Assembly (NCBI GenBank): GCA_002687715.1
Contig: NZBC01000036.1
Coordinates: 4,322-68,321, forward strand
Origin: Planctomycetota bacterium
GTDB taxonomy: Bacteria > Planctomycetota > GCA-002687715
Length of the DNA: 64,000 nt
Reading direction: 5' to 3'
Within the stretch, counting starts at the first letter, position 1. Each line of letters opens with the position of its first letter. Under the pieces are notes generated by a model. It was not told the origin of the DNA, searched no databases, and saw only the letters and a list, made by a program, of their open reading frames with translations. Of the stretch, positions 17,902 through 26,951 are shown piece after piece. A program made the translations under genes and the position numbers.

Positions 17902-18902
17902 CCCTGCGACGGGTCCTCTCGGAGGAGCCGGATCAGCGCGAGGAGGAACTCCGCGTGGACCTCGCCGTAGTGGCGCAGGCTGCACAGAAGCCGATTGGCA
18001 CGTCTGAGCTTGTAGCCACCAGCGGGATGGACGTCTTCCATGGCGCGTTCCCTCTCGACGCCCGGGAGCGGGTTCATCTCCACGCTCAACGCCACCGCAC
18101 CCCGCACACGTCCGAACCAGTCCATGGTGAGGCCGCGCCGACTGGGTCCGCTCATCTCGAACGCGAGACTGTGCGGGTAGACCATGCTCTCGTAGATCGC
18201 GCAGATGTCGGCGTAGCGTTTCCGCTGATCCTTCGGGGGGTATTTCGGATGGATGATGAGGTTCGCGGAGGTGTGGTAGCTGATCGCGAGGTCGATAGGG
18301 CCGACCCGTTTCCAGAACGCCATGACCGCCTGCGTTTCCGGCTCGGGTACGGAGACGTGCTCCGCGATCGATCGGCCGTCGATCGTGACTGCCTTGATCG
18401 GATAGTTGCGGTTGAGGTCGACGTCGTGAACGTTGTTGCGGTGATGCGGAAACGGCGGTCGCATCCCGCGGTGGAGGCCGTCGGGATTCAGCACCGGCGC
18501 AAGGTAGAGGCGGATTCGAGAAAGCCAGGCGGGAGGCTTGCCTTCGCCGATGGCCCGCCGCAGGTGCTCAGCGACCGCGAGCGCGGGGCGCTGGCTACCG
18601 AGCTCACCGCCGTGGATCGCACCGTCGATCCAGTAACCCTTCTTCTTTCCCGTCGCTTGTGTATCGGTCACGACCAGGCACGGGAGGGGCCGCCCCTGCA
18701 CGGAGTGGCCCATGATCTCGACGGAGAACCAGCGCGGCGCAGCTTCCTCGAGCGTCCGGAACCATGCCAACACCATCGAGACGTCATAGAAGCGGTCCAC
18801 GGCCAGTTCGGCGTCAACGACTCGACCCGACGTCGGCGCGTCTGCGCAACCCAGCAGCAGGACAGCCAACAGAGGCAGCAAGAGCACCCACCGACTGATC
18901 AA
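17898..18902 (-). CDS. M14 zinc carboxypeptidase lipoprotein (MpaA / gamma-D-Glu-DAP peptidase-like)
   Basis: Lipoprotein signal (LLAVLLLGCADAP). M14 motifs HGGE, NPDG..R and ISYHT. 334 aa. Confidence 0.7.
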   Translation of the reverse strand: MISRWVLLLPLLAVLLLGCADAPTSGRVVDAELAVDRFYDVSMVLAWFRTLEEAAPRWFSVEIMGHSVQGRPLPCLVVTDTQATGKKKGYWIDGAIHGGELGSQRPALAVAEHLRRAIGEGKPPAWLSRIRLYLAPVLNPDGLHRGMRPPFPHHRNNVHDVDLNRNYPIKAVTIDGRSIAEHVSVPEPETQAVMAFWKRVGPIDLAISYHTSANLIIHPKYPPKDQRKRYADICAIYESMVYPHSLAFEMSGPSRRGLTMDWFGRVRGAVALSVEMNPLPGVERERAMEDVHPAGGYKLRRANRLLCSLRHYGEVHAEFLLALIRLLREDPSQG

Positions 18903-19585
18903 GATCCGCCCTCCTTCAAGTCCATTCCGGTGCGCCGAACCACCTGACCTGCCGCGGCCGCCACGAGGCGCCGCACGACGCCGAGCCCGAGGTCCTCATC
19001 CGCCGTTCGTTCCGGATGCCACTGCACTCCGAGCCAGAATCGGCGCGACGGATCGAGAATGGCCTCGATGACGCCATCCGGAGCCCGCGCGACGACTTCA
19101 AGGCCGCCGGGTGTGGCGAGCGCCTGATGGTGCGCGCTCGTGACCGGCCCAGCAAGGTGCGTACCCTCGACCAGGTGGACATGGTCGTTCGTGTGCAGCT
19201 GGGGACGGTCGAGGACGTCGTCGAGGTGCTGCTCGAGTCTCGCGCCGGCCCGCAGACCCATGAGCTGCATCCCGAGGCACACGCCGAGCGCGGGGAGATC
19301 GCTGGCGTAGCACTGCGCGAGCAACGCGAGGTCCGATTCCTGGCGACGCGGGTCCATCAGCCTCGCTGCGGGATGGGTGGACTGACCGAACGCCTCCGTC
19401 GCCGGATCGCGGCCGCCGGTGAACAGCACCCCGTCGCATCGCTCCGCCAAGGCCGACGCGCCGCGACCAACGGGAAGGATCATCGAATCGCCGCCCGCCC
19501 TCTCGATGGCGCGAACGTAGTCGGCGCCAACGGTGAGGCAGTCGTCCCGGAGGTCCGCGGTAAGTCCGATGACGGGGCGGGTCAT
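18899..19585 (-). CDS. class I glutamine amidotransferase-like peptidase C26 (gamma-glutamyl hydrolase family)
   Basis: 228 aa. Catalytic GVCLGMQ and WHPE motifs of PuuD-like gamma-glutamyl-GABA hydrolases. ATGA overlap with the M14 gene. Confidence 0.8.
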   Translation of the reverse strand: MTRPVIGLTADLRDDCLTVGADYVRAIERAGGDSMILPVGRGASALAERCDGVLFTGGRDPATEAFGQSTHPAARLMDPRRQESDLALLAQCYASDLPALGVCLGMQLMGLRAGARLEQHLDDVLDRPQLHTNDHVHLVEGTHLAGPVTSAHHQALATPGGLEVVARAPDGVIEAILDPSRRFWLGVQWHPERTADEDLGLGVVRRLVAAAAGQVVRRTGMDLKEGGS

Positions 19586-19589
19586 GCCC

Positions 19590-20570
19590 TCATGTGATCA
19601 TGAACTGGCTGCGACCGGTACCCTTCGCCAGGCTGTCGTAGACCGCGCGATGGGACGGAGCAGCCTCGCGCAGGCGCGGCAACCCGCAATCGGAGGCGTC
19701 GGCGAGCAACTTCTGGAGGAAGACGCCCGTTGACTCGCTCACCGGCAGACTGCCGATCGGGTGTTCCACGTCGTGGACGAGATCGTGGAGGGTGCCCTCG
19801 TTTTCCTCGAGGACGAAGACGGGCGCGCCCGACTCCTTGTCGCGTACGGTGATTCGAATGGGGCCGGGGCCGAACCCGTCGCCGCCGCAGACCAGCGTCA
19901 GCGTGTCGCCGTGTGGAACGCGGAACGTGGCGGAGCCAACGAACTCCTCGAACTCGGGGCCGCGACGAGAGAACTCGGGCGCCGCCTCGATGATCGCAGC
20001 CGTACACGCGATCGATTCCGCGCCGGCGGCGAAACGGAACGCCTCGACGAGGTGCACCGAATTACAACCGTACCCCCAGCCCTCCCCCGTCACGAGCATG
20101 TGAAACGGACCGGGGCGTTCAGCGAGCCCGTCGCGCAGCCGCCGCCATCCCTCGAACAGGTTGCGGACGCAGTTGACGTAGATCCGTTTCTCAGAGATGG
20201 CGCCCGAGTAGGTCGCGATGATCGACTCCAGCGCCTCCGGAGACTGGGCGGCTGGCTTCTCGACGAGTACGGCCCGCGGAGCCATGGCCGCGATCCCTTC
20301 GACGACCTCCGGCTGGCGATCCGCAGTGACCGCCGCGATCGCGCACCCGATGCCGTTGCCGTTGATCGCGCTCTCAGCGTCGTCGAGGCCGGACACCACA
20401 TCCACCTCGACCTCGGAGAGCTCTCCCGCAAGCCCGAGGATGTCGTTCCGCCGGGTTTGCCGTGGCTCGACCACGACAATGCGTCCGATCGACGGCACGC
20501 CCGCCGCCGCCTGGACATGACGCCAGCCGATGTCTCCACAACCGACGATGAGGACGGTCGCTCTGGTCAT
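19590..20570 (-). CDS. Gfo/Idh/MocA-family NAD(P)-dependent oxidoreductase
   Basis: Start re-assigned to MTRATVLIVGCGDIGWRH (Rossmann). 326 aa. Confidence 0.7.
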   Translation of the reverse strand: MTRATVLIVGCGDIGWRHVQAAAGVPSIGRIVVVEPRQTRRNDILGLAGELSEVEVDVVSGLDDAESAINGNGIGCAIAAVTADRQPEVVEGIAAMAPRAVLVEKPAAQSPEALESIIATYSGAISEKRIYVNCVRNLFEGWRRLRDGLAERPGPFHMLVTGEGWGYGCNSVHLVEAFRFAAGAESIACTAAIIEAAPEFSRRGPEFEEFVGSATFRVPHGDTLTLVCGGDGFGPGPIRITVRDKESGAPVFVLEENEGTLHDLVHDVEHPIGSLPVSESTGVFLQKLLADASDCGLPRLREAAPSHRAVYDSLAKGTGRSQFMIT

Positions 20571-20586
20571 GGATCGAAGGCTCTGG

Positions 20587-21549
20587 TCATGAAGCGTAGC
20601 CAGCGATCGTCTCGATGATCGCCAGGGTCTCCGCGAAGGTACGAAGTTGGGGCAAGACACTGGGGGACGTGGGCCGCTCCCGTAGTCCGTCGAACGCCTC
20701 CACCGTGCGCCAGACGCCCGGCTTCCAGTCGGTGTCCAGGCTGTCGGTAGGGGGGATCTCGGTCCACGCCACGGTGCCGGGTCGCATCACGAACAGACGC
20801 TCCATCGGCGCCAGACGATACCGACCCTGGCGCGTCCGCACCTCGATCGACCACCGTCCGGGAGCGATCCAACTCGACGACCAGGTCACCGGCACGGCAG
20901 TACAACGTCCGCTTCCCACGAAGGTCGCGCCTGCCGGATGCCAGGTCAACGCCCCCGGGTCGCCAACCGTCACATGGTCGGGTCGCAACGGTCCCAGCAG
21001 GTGCTCGACCGTGTCGATGACATGAATCGAGTTCGCGAGGGCCCACCGCTCCAGCACGTCCGCGCGGCGTCCACTGGTCGCGACGCGATCGGCCCATTCG
21101 GTGAAGTCGAACCTAGCGCACAGCGGCGCTTCGTCGTCCAGGATCGCACGGAGGGCAACCACCGATCCGAAGTACCGCCGGTTGGTCGCGATCCGTACGA
21201 GCGCGCCGACCTCCTCGGCCCGGTCCGCGAGCCCACGCAGCGCACCGGCGGACATCGCCCCGGGCTTCTCCAGCAGCATCTCGCGTGCACCGAGATCGAG
21301 CAGGCGGGTCGCCACCGGGTCGAGGCTCTCCGGCGTGGTGGCGACGATCGTCCAGGCGGACTCCGCGACCGTCCCGGCGTCGAGGTCTTCGAGCAGGACA
21401 TGGTCGACCGCGCCCGTCTCGTCCGCGAATACCGCGGTCCGGCCGGGGTCGCGTGCCACCACGCGGAAGGACGTTCCCCGCCCACGCAACACGCGTGCAT
21501 ACTCGCGGGCCATCGGCCCGGAACCGACGAGGAGGACGGAAGGCAGCAT
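20587..21549 (-). CDS. Gfo/Idh/MocA-family NAD(P)-dependent oxidoreductase (paralog)
   Basis: Start re-assigned to MLPSVLLVGSGPMAREYARVL (Rossmann). 320 aa. Tandem with the previous gene. Confidence 0.7.
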   Translation of the reverse strand: MLPSVLLVGSGPMAREYARVLRGRGTSFRVVARDPGRTAVFADETGAVDHVLLEDLDAGTVAESAWTIVATTPESLDPVATRLLDLGAREMLLEKPGAMSAGALRGLADRAEEVGALVRIATNRRYFGSVVALRAILDDEAPLCARFDFTEWADRVATSGRRADVLERWALANSIHVIDTVEHLLGPLRPDHVTVGDPGALTWHPAGATFVGSGRCTAVPVTWSSSWIAPGRWSIEVRTRQGRYRLAPMERLFVMRPGTVAWTEIPPTDSLDTDWKPGVWRTVEAFDGLRERPTSPSVLPQLRTFAETLAIIETIAGYAS

Positions 21550-21657
21550 GGATTCTCTTCGTGTTTCATCGGCCAAGAGCACCGTTCGAGGCACTGTCGC
21601 GAATATCGACGGCCGCGGGACGTGGCGGCACGGCGGGCGAGAGCATATCCTCGCGCG

Positions 21658-23964
21658 ATGCGCGTCTTCCTCCTCCTCTTCCTGCTCCCGCTTCCGACCG
21701 CCGGGGCCCAGACACCGCTGGCCAGGGATCTCGCCGCTGCGGCTGACCGCGCGATGGCCGCCGGACATGCGCCTGGGGTCGTCATCCGAGCGCAGCAACT
21801 CGACGGAGCGGTCGACGTCACGGTCGTACGGGGCGTGGCGGCCGAGGCCCCAGCCCGCGAAACGTGGAACGAAGGCTCGCTACCAGCTACCGGCCGCACG
21901 TTCGACCTGGCCTCGCTCACGAAGTGTGTCGCGACCGCGACCTGCGTGATGAAGCTCGTCGAAGAAGGTCGCTTGAAGCTGTCGGACCGCGCGGCGGATC
22001 ACCTGCCCGGGTTCGGGGTCAATGGCAAGGACGTCATCACCGTCGAACAGCTCCTGCGGCATCGCGGCGGCCTTCTGCCCGATAACCGGCTCGCCGACTA
22101 TCGCGACGGCGCGAGGCTGGCTCGCAAGCGCATCTACGCGCTCGGACTGCGAGCGGCACCGGGCACGCGGTACATCTACACCGACGTCGGCTTCATCGTG
22201 CTTGCCTGGATCGTAGAGAAGGTGACGGAGCAGCCGTTCGACGCCTACGCGAAGGCCGCGGTCTTCGCCCCGTGCGGCATGGCCCACACCGGGTTCCTGC
22301 GTGGCGGTGCGCCCAAGGCAGCGTGGTCAGCTCGTTCCATTCCGACCGAACCGGCGCGCGAGGGCGGAGCGCCGCTGCGGGGCGTGGTCCACGATCCGCG
22401 CGCCCGGCTGCTCGGCGGAGTCGCCGGTCACGCCGGCTTGTTCTCCACGATCGACGACCTCTCGCGCTACGCCCGCATGATCCTGCGCGGCGGCGTCGCC
22501 GACGACGGCACGCGCGTTCTCACGGCCGCGACCATCCGCCTCATGGGACGGTGCGGGCCCCTCCCCCGCCTGGAACGCCGGGGACTGGGCTTCGACCTGC
22601 GCCCGCTCGCGTTCACTCGCAAGGGCCCACGCGGACGTCACTTCCCGGACGGGACCTTCGGCCACACGGGGTTCACGGGCACGTCCATGTGGATGGACCC
22701 CGCGTCGAAGAGCTACGTGATCGTCCTGACCTCGCGTCTGCATCCCGACGGGCGCGGCGACGTCTCGCAACTCCGCTACGACGTCGGCACCGCGGTCGCG
22801 AAGGCCCTCGATCCACGCCCGTGGGCGCTGCGCCTCGGTCCCGCGCGCTCAGGGCTGCAGCGCATCGCCGACGGTGAGGTCTTGCCGGCGCTCACCGGCA
22901 AACGGATTGGCCTCATCACCAACCACACCGCTCGCGACCGCACGGGTGCATCGGCGATCGAGCGGCTGCACCCTCACGGACTCCGCGCGCTCTTCTCCCC
23001 GGAGCACGGCATCGCCGGCAAGTTCGACGCGCGCGTCGGCGACGCGGTCGATCCGCTGACCGGGCTGAAGATCCACAGCCTCTACCAGAAGGACCGCCGG
23101 CGGCCGTCGAAAGCGGCTCTGAAAGACCTCGACGTACTCGTGTTCGACATCCAGGACATCGGCACCCGGTTCTACACCTACGTCTCGACCATGGTGAACT
23201 GCATGGAGGAAGCGTCCCGAAACGGGTTGTCGTTCGTCGTACTCGACCGTCCCAATCCGATCGGCGTCGCCGTCGAGGGTCCGATCGCGAACGACGACGC
23301 CCTGGACTTCGTCGGTCGACTGCGGATTCCCATCCGCCACGGCATGACGGTCGGGGAACTCGCGCGCCTCGCGAAGCAGGACCTGAAGCTCGATCTCGAC
23401 CTCCAGGTCGTGGCCGTCAAGGACTGGTCACCCAATCAGTACCTCGACGATACCGGGCAACGCTGGGTCAACCCCTCCCCCAACATGCGCTCCATGGCGG
23501 CTGCGCTTCTCTACCCGGGTATCGGCATCCTCGAGACGACGAACCTCTCGGTCGGTCGCGGCACGAAGACTCCGTTCGAGCACGTTGGCGCTCCCTGGAT
23601 GAACGGCGAGGCGATCGCCAACGACCTCCGCGCCGCCGCCCTCGACGGCATCACCTTTTCCCCGGTGACCTTCACTCCCACCTCGAGCAAGTACCGCGGC
23701 AAGCGCTGCTCCGGAGTCCGCTTCGCCATCACCGATCGCACTGCACTGCGCCCGATTCGTGTCGGCCTGACCCTCGCCACCGCACTGCGGAAACACCACC
23801 CCGTCCAGTGGGACACCGCCCGCCTCGGACGCCTGCTCAAGCACCGCAAGACGCTCATCGCGATCCGGCGTGGCCGCGGAGTCACGGATATCGAGAAGAC
23901 GTGGACGTCCGAGGTCGCCGCGTTCCGGGAACGACGCAAGGCGGCTCTGATCTACGCTCGCTGA
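21658..23964 (+). CDS. fusion protein: beta-lactamase-fold serine hydrolase (AmiE/AmpH-like) + DUF1343 (NamZ-like exo-beta-N-acetylmuramidase)
   Basis: True start MRVFLLLFLLPLPTAGAQ (signal peptide) at 21658. N-terminal domain has SLTK (SxxK) and YxN-like motifs of class C/PBP4 beta-lactamase-fold enzymes. The C-terminal ~400 aa match DUF1343 (GKRIGLITNHTA ... DIQDIGTRFYTY ... NLSVGRGT). Confidence 0.75.
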   Translation: MRVFLLLFLLPLPTAGAQTPLARDLAAAADRAMAAGHAPGVVIRAQQLDGAVDVTVVRGVAAEAPARETWNEGSLPATGRTFDLASLTKCVATATCVMKLVEEGRLKLSDRAADHLPGFGVNGKDVITVEQLLRHRGGLLPDNRLADYRDGARLARKRIYALGLRAAPGTRYIYTDVGFIVLAWIVEKVTEQPFDAYAKAAVFAPCGMAHTGFLRGGAPKAAWSARSIPTEPAREGGAPLRGVVHDPRARLLGGVAGHAGLFSTIDDLSRYARMILRGGVADDGTRVLTAATIRLMGRCGPLPRLERRGLGFDLRPLAFTRKGPRGRHFPDGTFGHTGFTGTSMWMDPASKSYVIVLTSRLHPDGRGDVSQLRYDVGTAVAKALDPRPWALRLGPARSGLQRIADGEVLPALTGKRIGLITNHTARDRTGASAIERLHPHGLRALFSPEHGIAGKFDARVGDAVDPLTGLKIHSLYQKDRRRPSKAALKDLDVLVFDIQDIGTRFYTYVSTMVNCMEEASRNGLSFVVLDRPNPIGVAVEGPIANDDALDFVGRLRIPIRHGMTVGELARLAKQDLKLDLDLQVVAVKDWSPNQYLDDTGQRWVNPSPNMRSMAAALLYPGIGILETTNLSVGRGTKTPFEHVGAPWMNGEAIANDLRAAALDGITFSPVTFTPTSSKYRGKRCSGVRFAITDRTALRPIRVGLTLATALRKHHPVQWDTARLGRLLKHRKTLIAIRRGRGVTDIEKTWTSEVAAFRERRKAALIYAR

Positions 23965-24209
23965 CAATCCGGAAGCGCGGGTGTGAAGCAATCTAACGGG
24001 AGCGCGGACCTCCAGAGGCGGTGAGTCAATCGGCTCCGAGGCGAGCGAAGCGCCCAGAACGGCGCGGGCAAGGAAGGCGAAGCGAGCGGGGCAGTCCCCG
24101 TGAGCTGAGCCTGACGCAGTCCAGCGTCGCTCTGGGCTGAGCGCAGCCCGGATTGACGGCGAAGCCGCAACCCGACCCAGAGCGGACCCGCGCTCCCGAA
24201 GGACACGGG

Positions 24210-25175
24210 TCAGAAATCGCCGCGCCCCATCTCGATCAGCACCTTGAGCACACCGCTCCGTTCCGCATGGTCCAGCGCGGTGACCGCGTCGTCGAGCGGG
24301 TAGCGCGCGTCGATCATGCCCCGTGGGTCGATCCGACCGTCGGCGAGAGCAGCGAGGGCCGGGGCGAACGGTCCGCAGCGGGAGCCCACGAGGGTGATCT
24401 CGTCGACGACGATCGGCGCGAGGTCGAGGGTGGCTGGTTGCTCGCTGGTGGTTTTCAGGACGACCGTGCCGCGAGCGCGCACGTGGGTCAGCACGCGAGC
24501 GAGGGCGTCGGGATGGCCCGTCGCCTCGACGGCAATATCGAACGGTCGGTCCGCAGCCTCCGTCTCGAGGAGACCCGTGACGTGCGCGATGGACGATGGC
24601 AGGAGCCGTGCCCGCTCCGGGTGACGTCCCGCGAGGGTGACGTCCACACCGTAGAGCGCGAGCACCTGGGCGCAAAAGAGGCCGAGACGTCCGTCGCCCG
24701 CGACGAGCCCGCACATCCCCGGCGCGAGCGCCACCTGATTGGGGATCTCGAACGCCGCCGCCAGGGGCTCGGCGAAGACGGCCGACTCGTCCGGCACGGT
24801 GTCGGGCACGGCGATGAGATTGCGCGTAGGCAGCAAGACCTCCTCCGCGAACACCCCGGGGCGGCCGAGGATGCCCAGCACCGTCCGGGTCAAGCAGTGG
24901 TGGCCGTCGCCCTCGGTGCAATCGGCGCAGCGTCCACACGATGCGTTGATCCCGCCCACGACCCGCTGGCCAATCAGCGGCCCGTCGAGAGCCATGCCGA
25001 CGAATTCGTGGCCGGGCACGCCGCGGAATCCCAGGTAGCCGCGCCGCAGCGCCAGGTCCGTGGCACACACACCGGCGACACGGACCTCGATCCGCGTCTC
25101 GTCGAAAGGCCCCGGTGCCAGGGTCACGTCGTCGCGCAGCTGCGCCGCACCGTCCTCGAACCAGAGGGCTTTCAT
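24210..25175 (-). CDS. zinc-binding alcohol dehydrogenase (MDR family)
   Basis: 321 aa. GHEFVG Zn-ligand motif, structural Zn Cys cluster (CGRCADCTEGDGHHC) and GxGxxG (VAGDGRLG). Confidence 0.8.
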   Translation of the reverse strand: MKALWFEDGAAQLRDDVTLAPGPFDETRIEVRVAGVCATDLALRRGYLGFRGVPGHEFVGMALDGPLIGQRVVGGINASCGRCADCTEGDGHHCLTRTVLGILGRPGVFAEEVLLPTRNLIAVPDTVPDESAVFAEPLAAAFEIPNQVALAPGMCGLVAGDGRLGLFCAQVLALYGVDVTLAGRHPERARLLPSSIAHVTGLLETEAADRPFDIAVEATGHPDALARVLTHVRARGTVVLKTTSEQPATLDLAPIVVDEITLVGSRCGPFAPALAALADGRIDPRGMIDARYPLDDAVTALDHAERSGVLKVLIEMGRGDF

Positions 25176-25311
25176 GTCGGCATCGTACAGCGATGCGTCG
25201 TTCCCGCGCCGTCGAGAGGACGTCCCTCACCGCCGGTGACGCAAATCACGACGCTCACCGGCCACGTCAACCGGACGCGGACTCGCTGTCGATATCCCTG
25301 GTTGCCGTCTC

Positions 25312-26883
25312 ATGACATCACTCCAACCGCCAACCGACGCGACGACGCTCCTCGAGCAGGGCGAACGCCACTTCCTGCAAGGCGACCTGCTTCGAGCGGA
25401 GGACACGTTCCGTGAAGCCGCGAAGCTCGACCCAGAGGCCGCCGACAGTTGGAGCAACCTGGGCGTCGCCCTGTTTCCCCTCGAACGGCCGGAGGACGCT
25501 CGAACGGCGTTCGGCCGCGCGCTGAGCCTCGAACCGGAACACGACGCCGCGCGCGAAGGTCTCGCCCATGTCGACACCGTCGATGCGGCCGCACCAGACG
25601 CCCCACCGACGACCGACCTGCTGTTGATGCCCGCGTTCGACGACGAAGCGTCGCTCGCGGAACACCTGGGGCGGATTGCGTGGTACGTCGGCCCCTGGAT
25701 CGACGACATCGGTGCGCTCCGCATCGTCGTCGCGCCGGACTTGGGAACGCCGGACCTCCTGGACCGTATCGCCACATCCACGCCCGACCACCTCGACCCC
25801 GCCGTGCCCGACCTCGTGCGGGCCCTTGCCCAGCGCACCGAGCTGATCGTGGATCACGACGCCTCGGCGCTCGATCACGCATTCTCGACTTCGTCCCGCA
25901 TCCTGGTCTGGGACTCCGCCCGGTGGCATCGCCTCACGACCACCCTGCGCGCCGCCGGAGCGACCCGACAGCTTCCGCCAACCATCGACATCGATCCGTT
26001 CGCCGGCACGGCGCGTATGCACGAGATCCCACGGGTCGTCTCGACCGTGTTCTCCCGGGAGGCGTCGGCCGCGGGACCGGCGAGGTTCCGCAACGCCCTG
26101 GAGACGCTGGCCGATCACAAGCCCACGGACATCTGCTACGTCTTCGGTGGGGGACCGACGATCAGGAGCGCGGTCGATCGCGACCTCAGCGACGGGTTCT
26201 CGATCGTCTGCAACCGATTCGTTTGGGACGACGCGCTCACCGATCACGTCGACCCGACGTTCCTCGCCTTCATGGACGCGAGCTGCGTGGGTCCATCGCG
26301 CGCCGGGACCATGTTCCGGGAACACCTCCGGACCTGGCTCGAAGGTGGTGCCTGCCGGTTCGTGCTCACGTTTGACGTGTTCGGTCCGTGGGTCGAGTTC
26401 ATGCTCCCGCCCGAGCTCCACGATCGGGTCATCGCCGCCCCCGCCCAGGCGGTCGACTTCCCGGCGACCCGATTCAACGCCGACCTGCGATCCGCATGGT
26501 GGATGCCCGACGCCCACAACGTCATCACCAGCGTGTGCTTGCCCGTGGCGGCGACCGTTGCGCAGGAGATCCGGCTGCTCGGCCTGGACGGCGTCCGCCC
26601 GGACAAGGTCTACGAATCCTGGGGTCGCAGCTGGGAGAAGGACGCCGAGTCCGAAGCCGAATCCGTCCCGGACGACCCCTTCCTCGCGGCGCTGCGTCGC
26701 ACCCATCCCTGGCGACACAACTGGGTTTCCCCGGATTACCAGGACACCTACCGCGACAATCTCGAGGAGTCCCTGCGGCGAATATTCACGCAGCTGGAGC
26801 AGGCGGGAACTCGGATCACCTGCGTCACGCCATCATGGATGGAGGTGATGCGAGACCGCGGTGGCGCTTCGACTCCCGCCTGA
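25312..26883 (+). CDS. TPR-containing protein with a DUF115/Maf-like central region, unknown function
   Basis: 523 aa. N-terminal TPR repeats (LLEQGERHFLQGDLLRAEDTFREAAKLDPEAADSWSNLGVALF...). Central YVFGGGPTI ... SIVCNRF pattern is reminiscent of DUF115 (MptE/Maf-like). That is low-confidence recall, not a computed match. Confidence 0.45.
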   Translation: MTSLQPPTDATTLLEQGERHFLQGDLLRAEDTFREAAKLDPEAADSWSNLGVALFPLERPEDARTAFGRALSLEPEHDAAREGLAHVDTVDAAAPDAPPTTDLLLMPAFDDEASLAEHLGRIAWYVGPWIDDIGALRIVVAPDLGTPDLLDRIATSTPDHLDPAVPDLVRALAQRTELIVDHDASALDHAFSTSSRILVWDSARWHRLTTTLRAAGATRQLPPTIDIDPFAGTARMHEIPRVVSTVFSREASAAGPARFRNALETLADHKPTDICYVFGGGPTIRSAVDRDLSDGFSIVCNRFVWDDALTDHVDPTFLAFMDASCVGPSRAGTMFREHLRTWLEGGACRFVLTFDVFGPWVEFMLPPELHDRVIAAPAQAVDFPATRFNADLRSAWWMPDAHNVITSVCLPVAATVAQEIRLLGLDGVRPDKVYESWGRSWEKDAESEAESVPDDPFLAALRRTHPWRHNWVSPDYQDTYRDNLEESLRRIFTQLEQAGTRITCVTPSWMEVMRDRGGASTPA

Positions 26884-26951
26884 GGCGATTTCAGCTCCGC
26901 GGCCCACGCCTGTTACCATGCCGCGCACCGCACCCTCGTCATGCTTCTTTC

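Noticed and set aside
20938-21657. N-terminal extension of the 1008-aa track ORF
   Set aside because: It is antisense to the Gfo/Idh/MocA genes. The true start is MRVFLLL at 21658 with a signal peptide.
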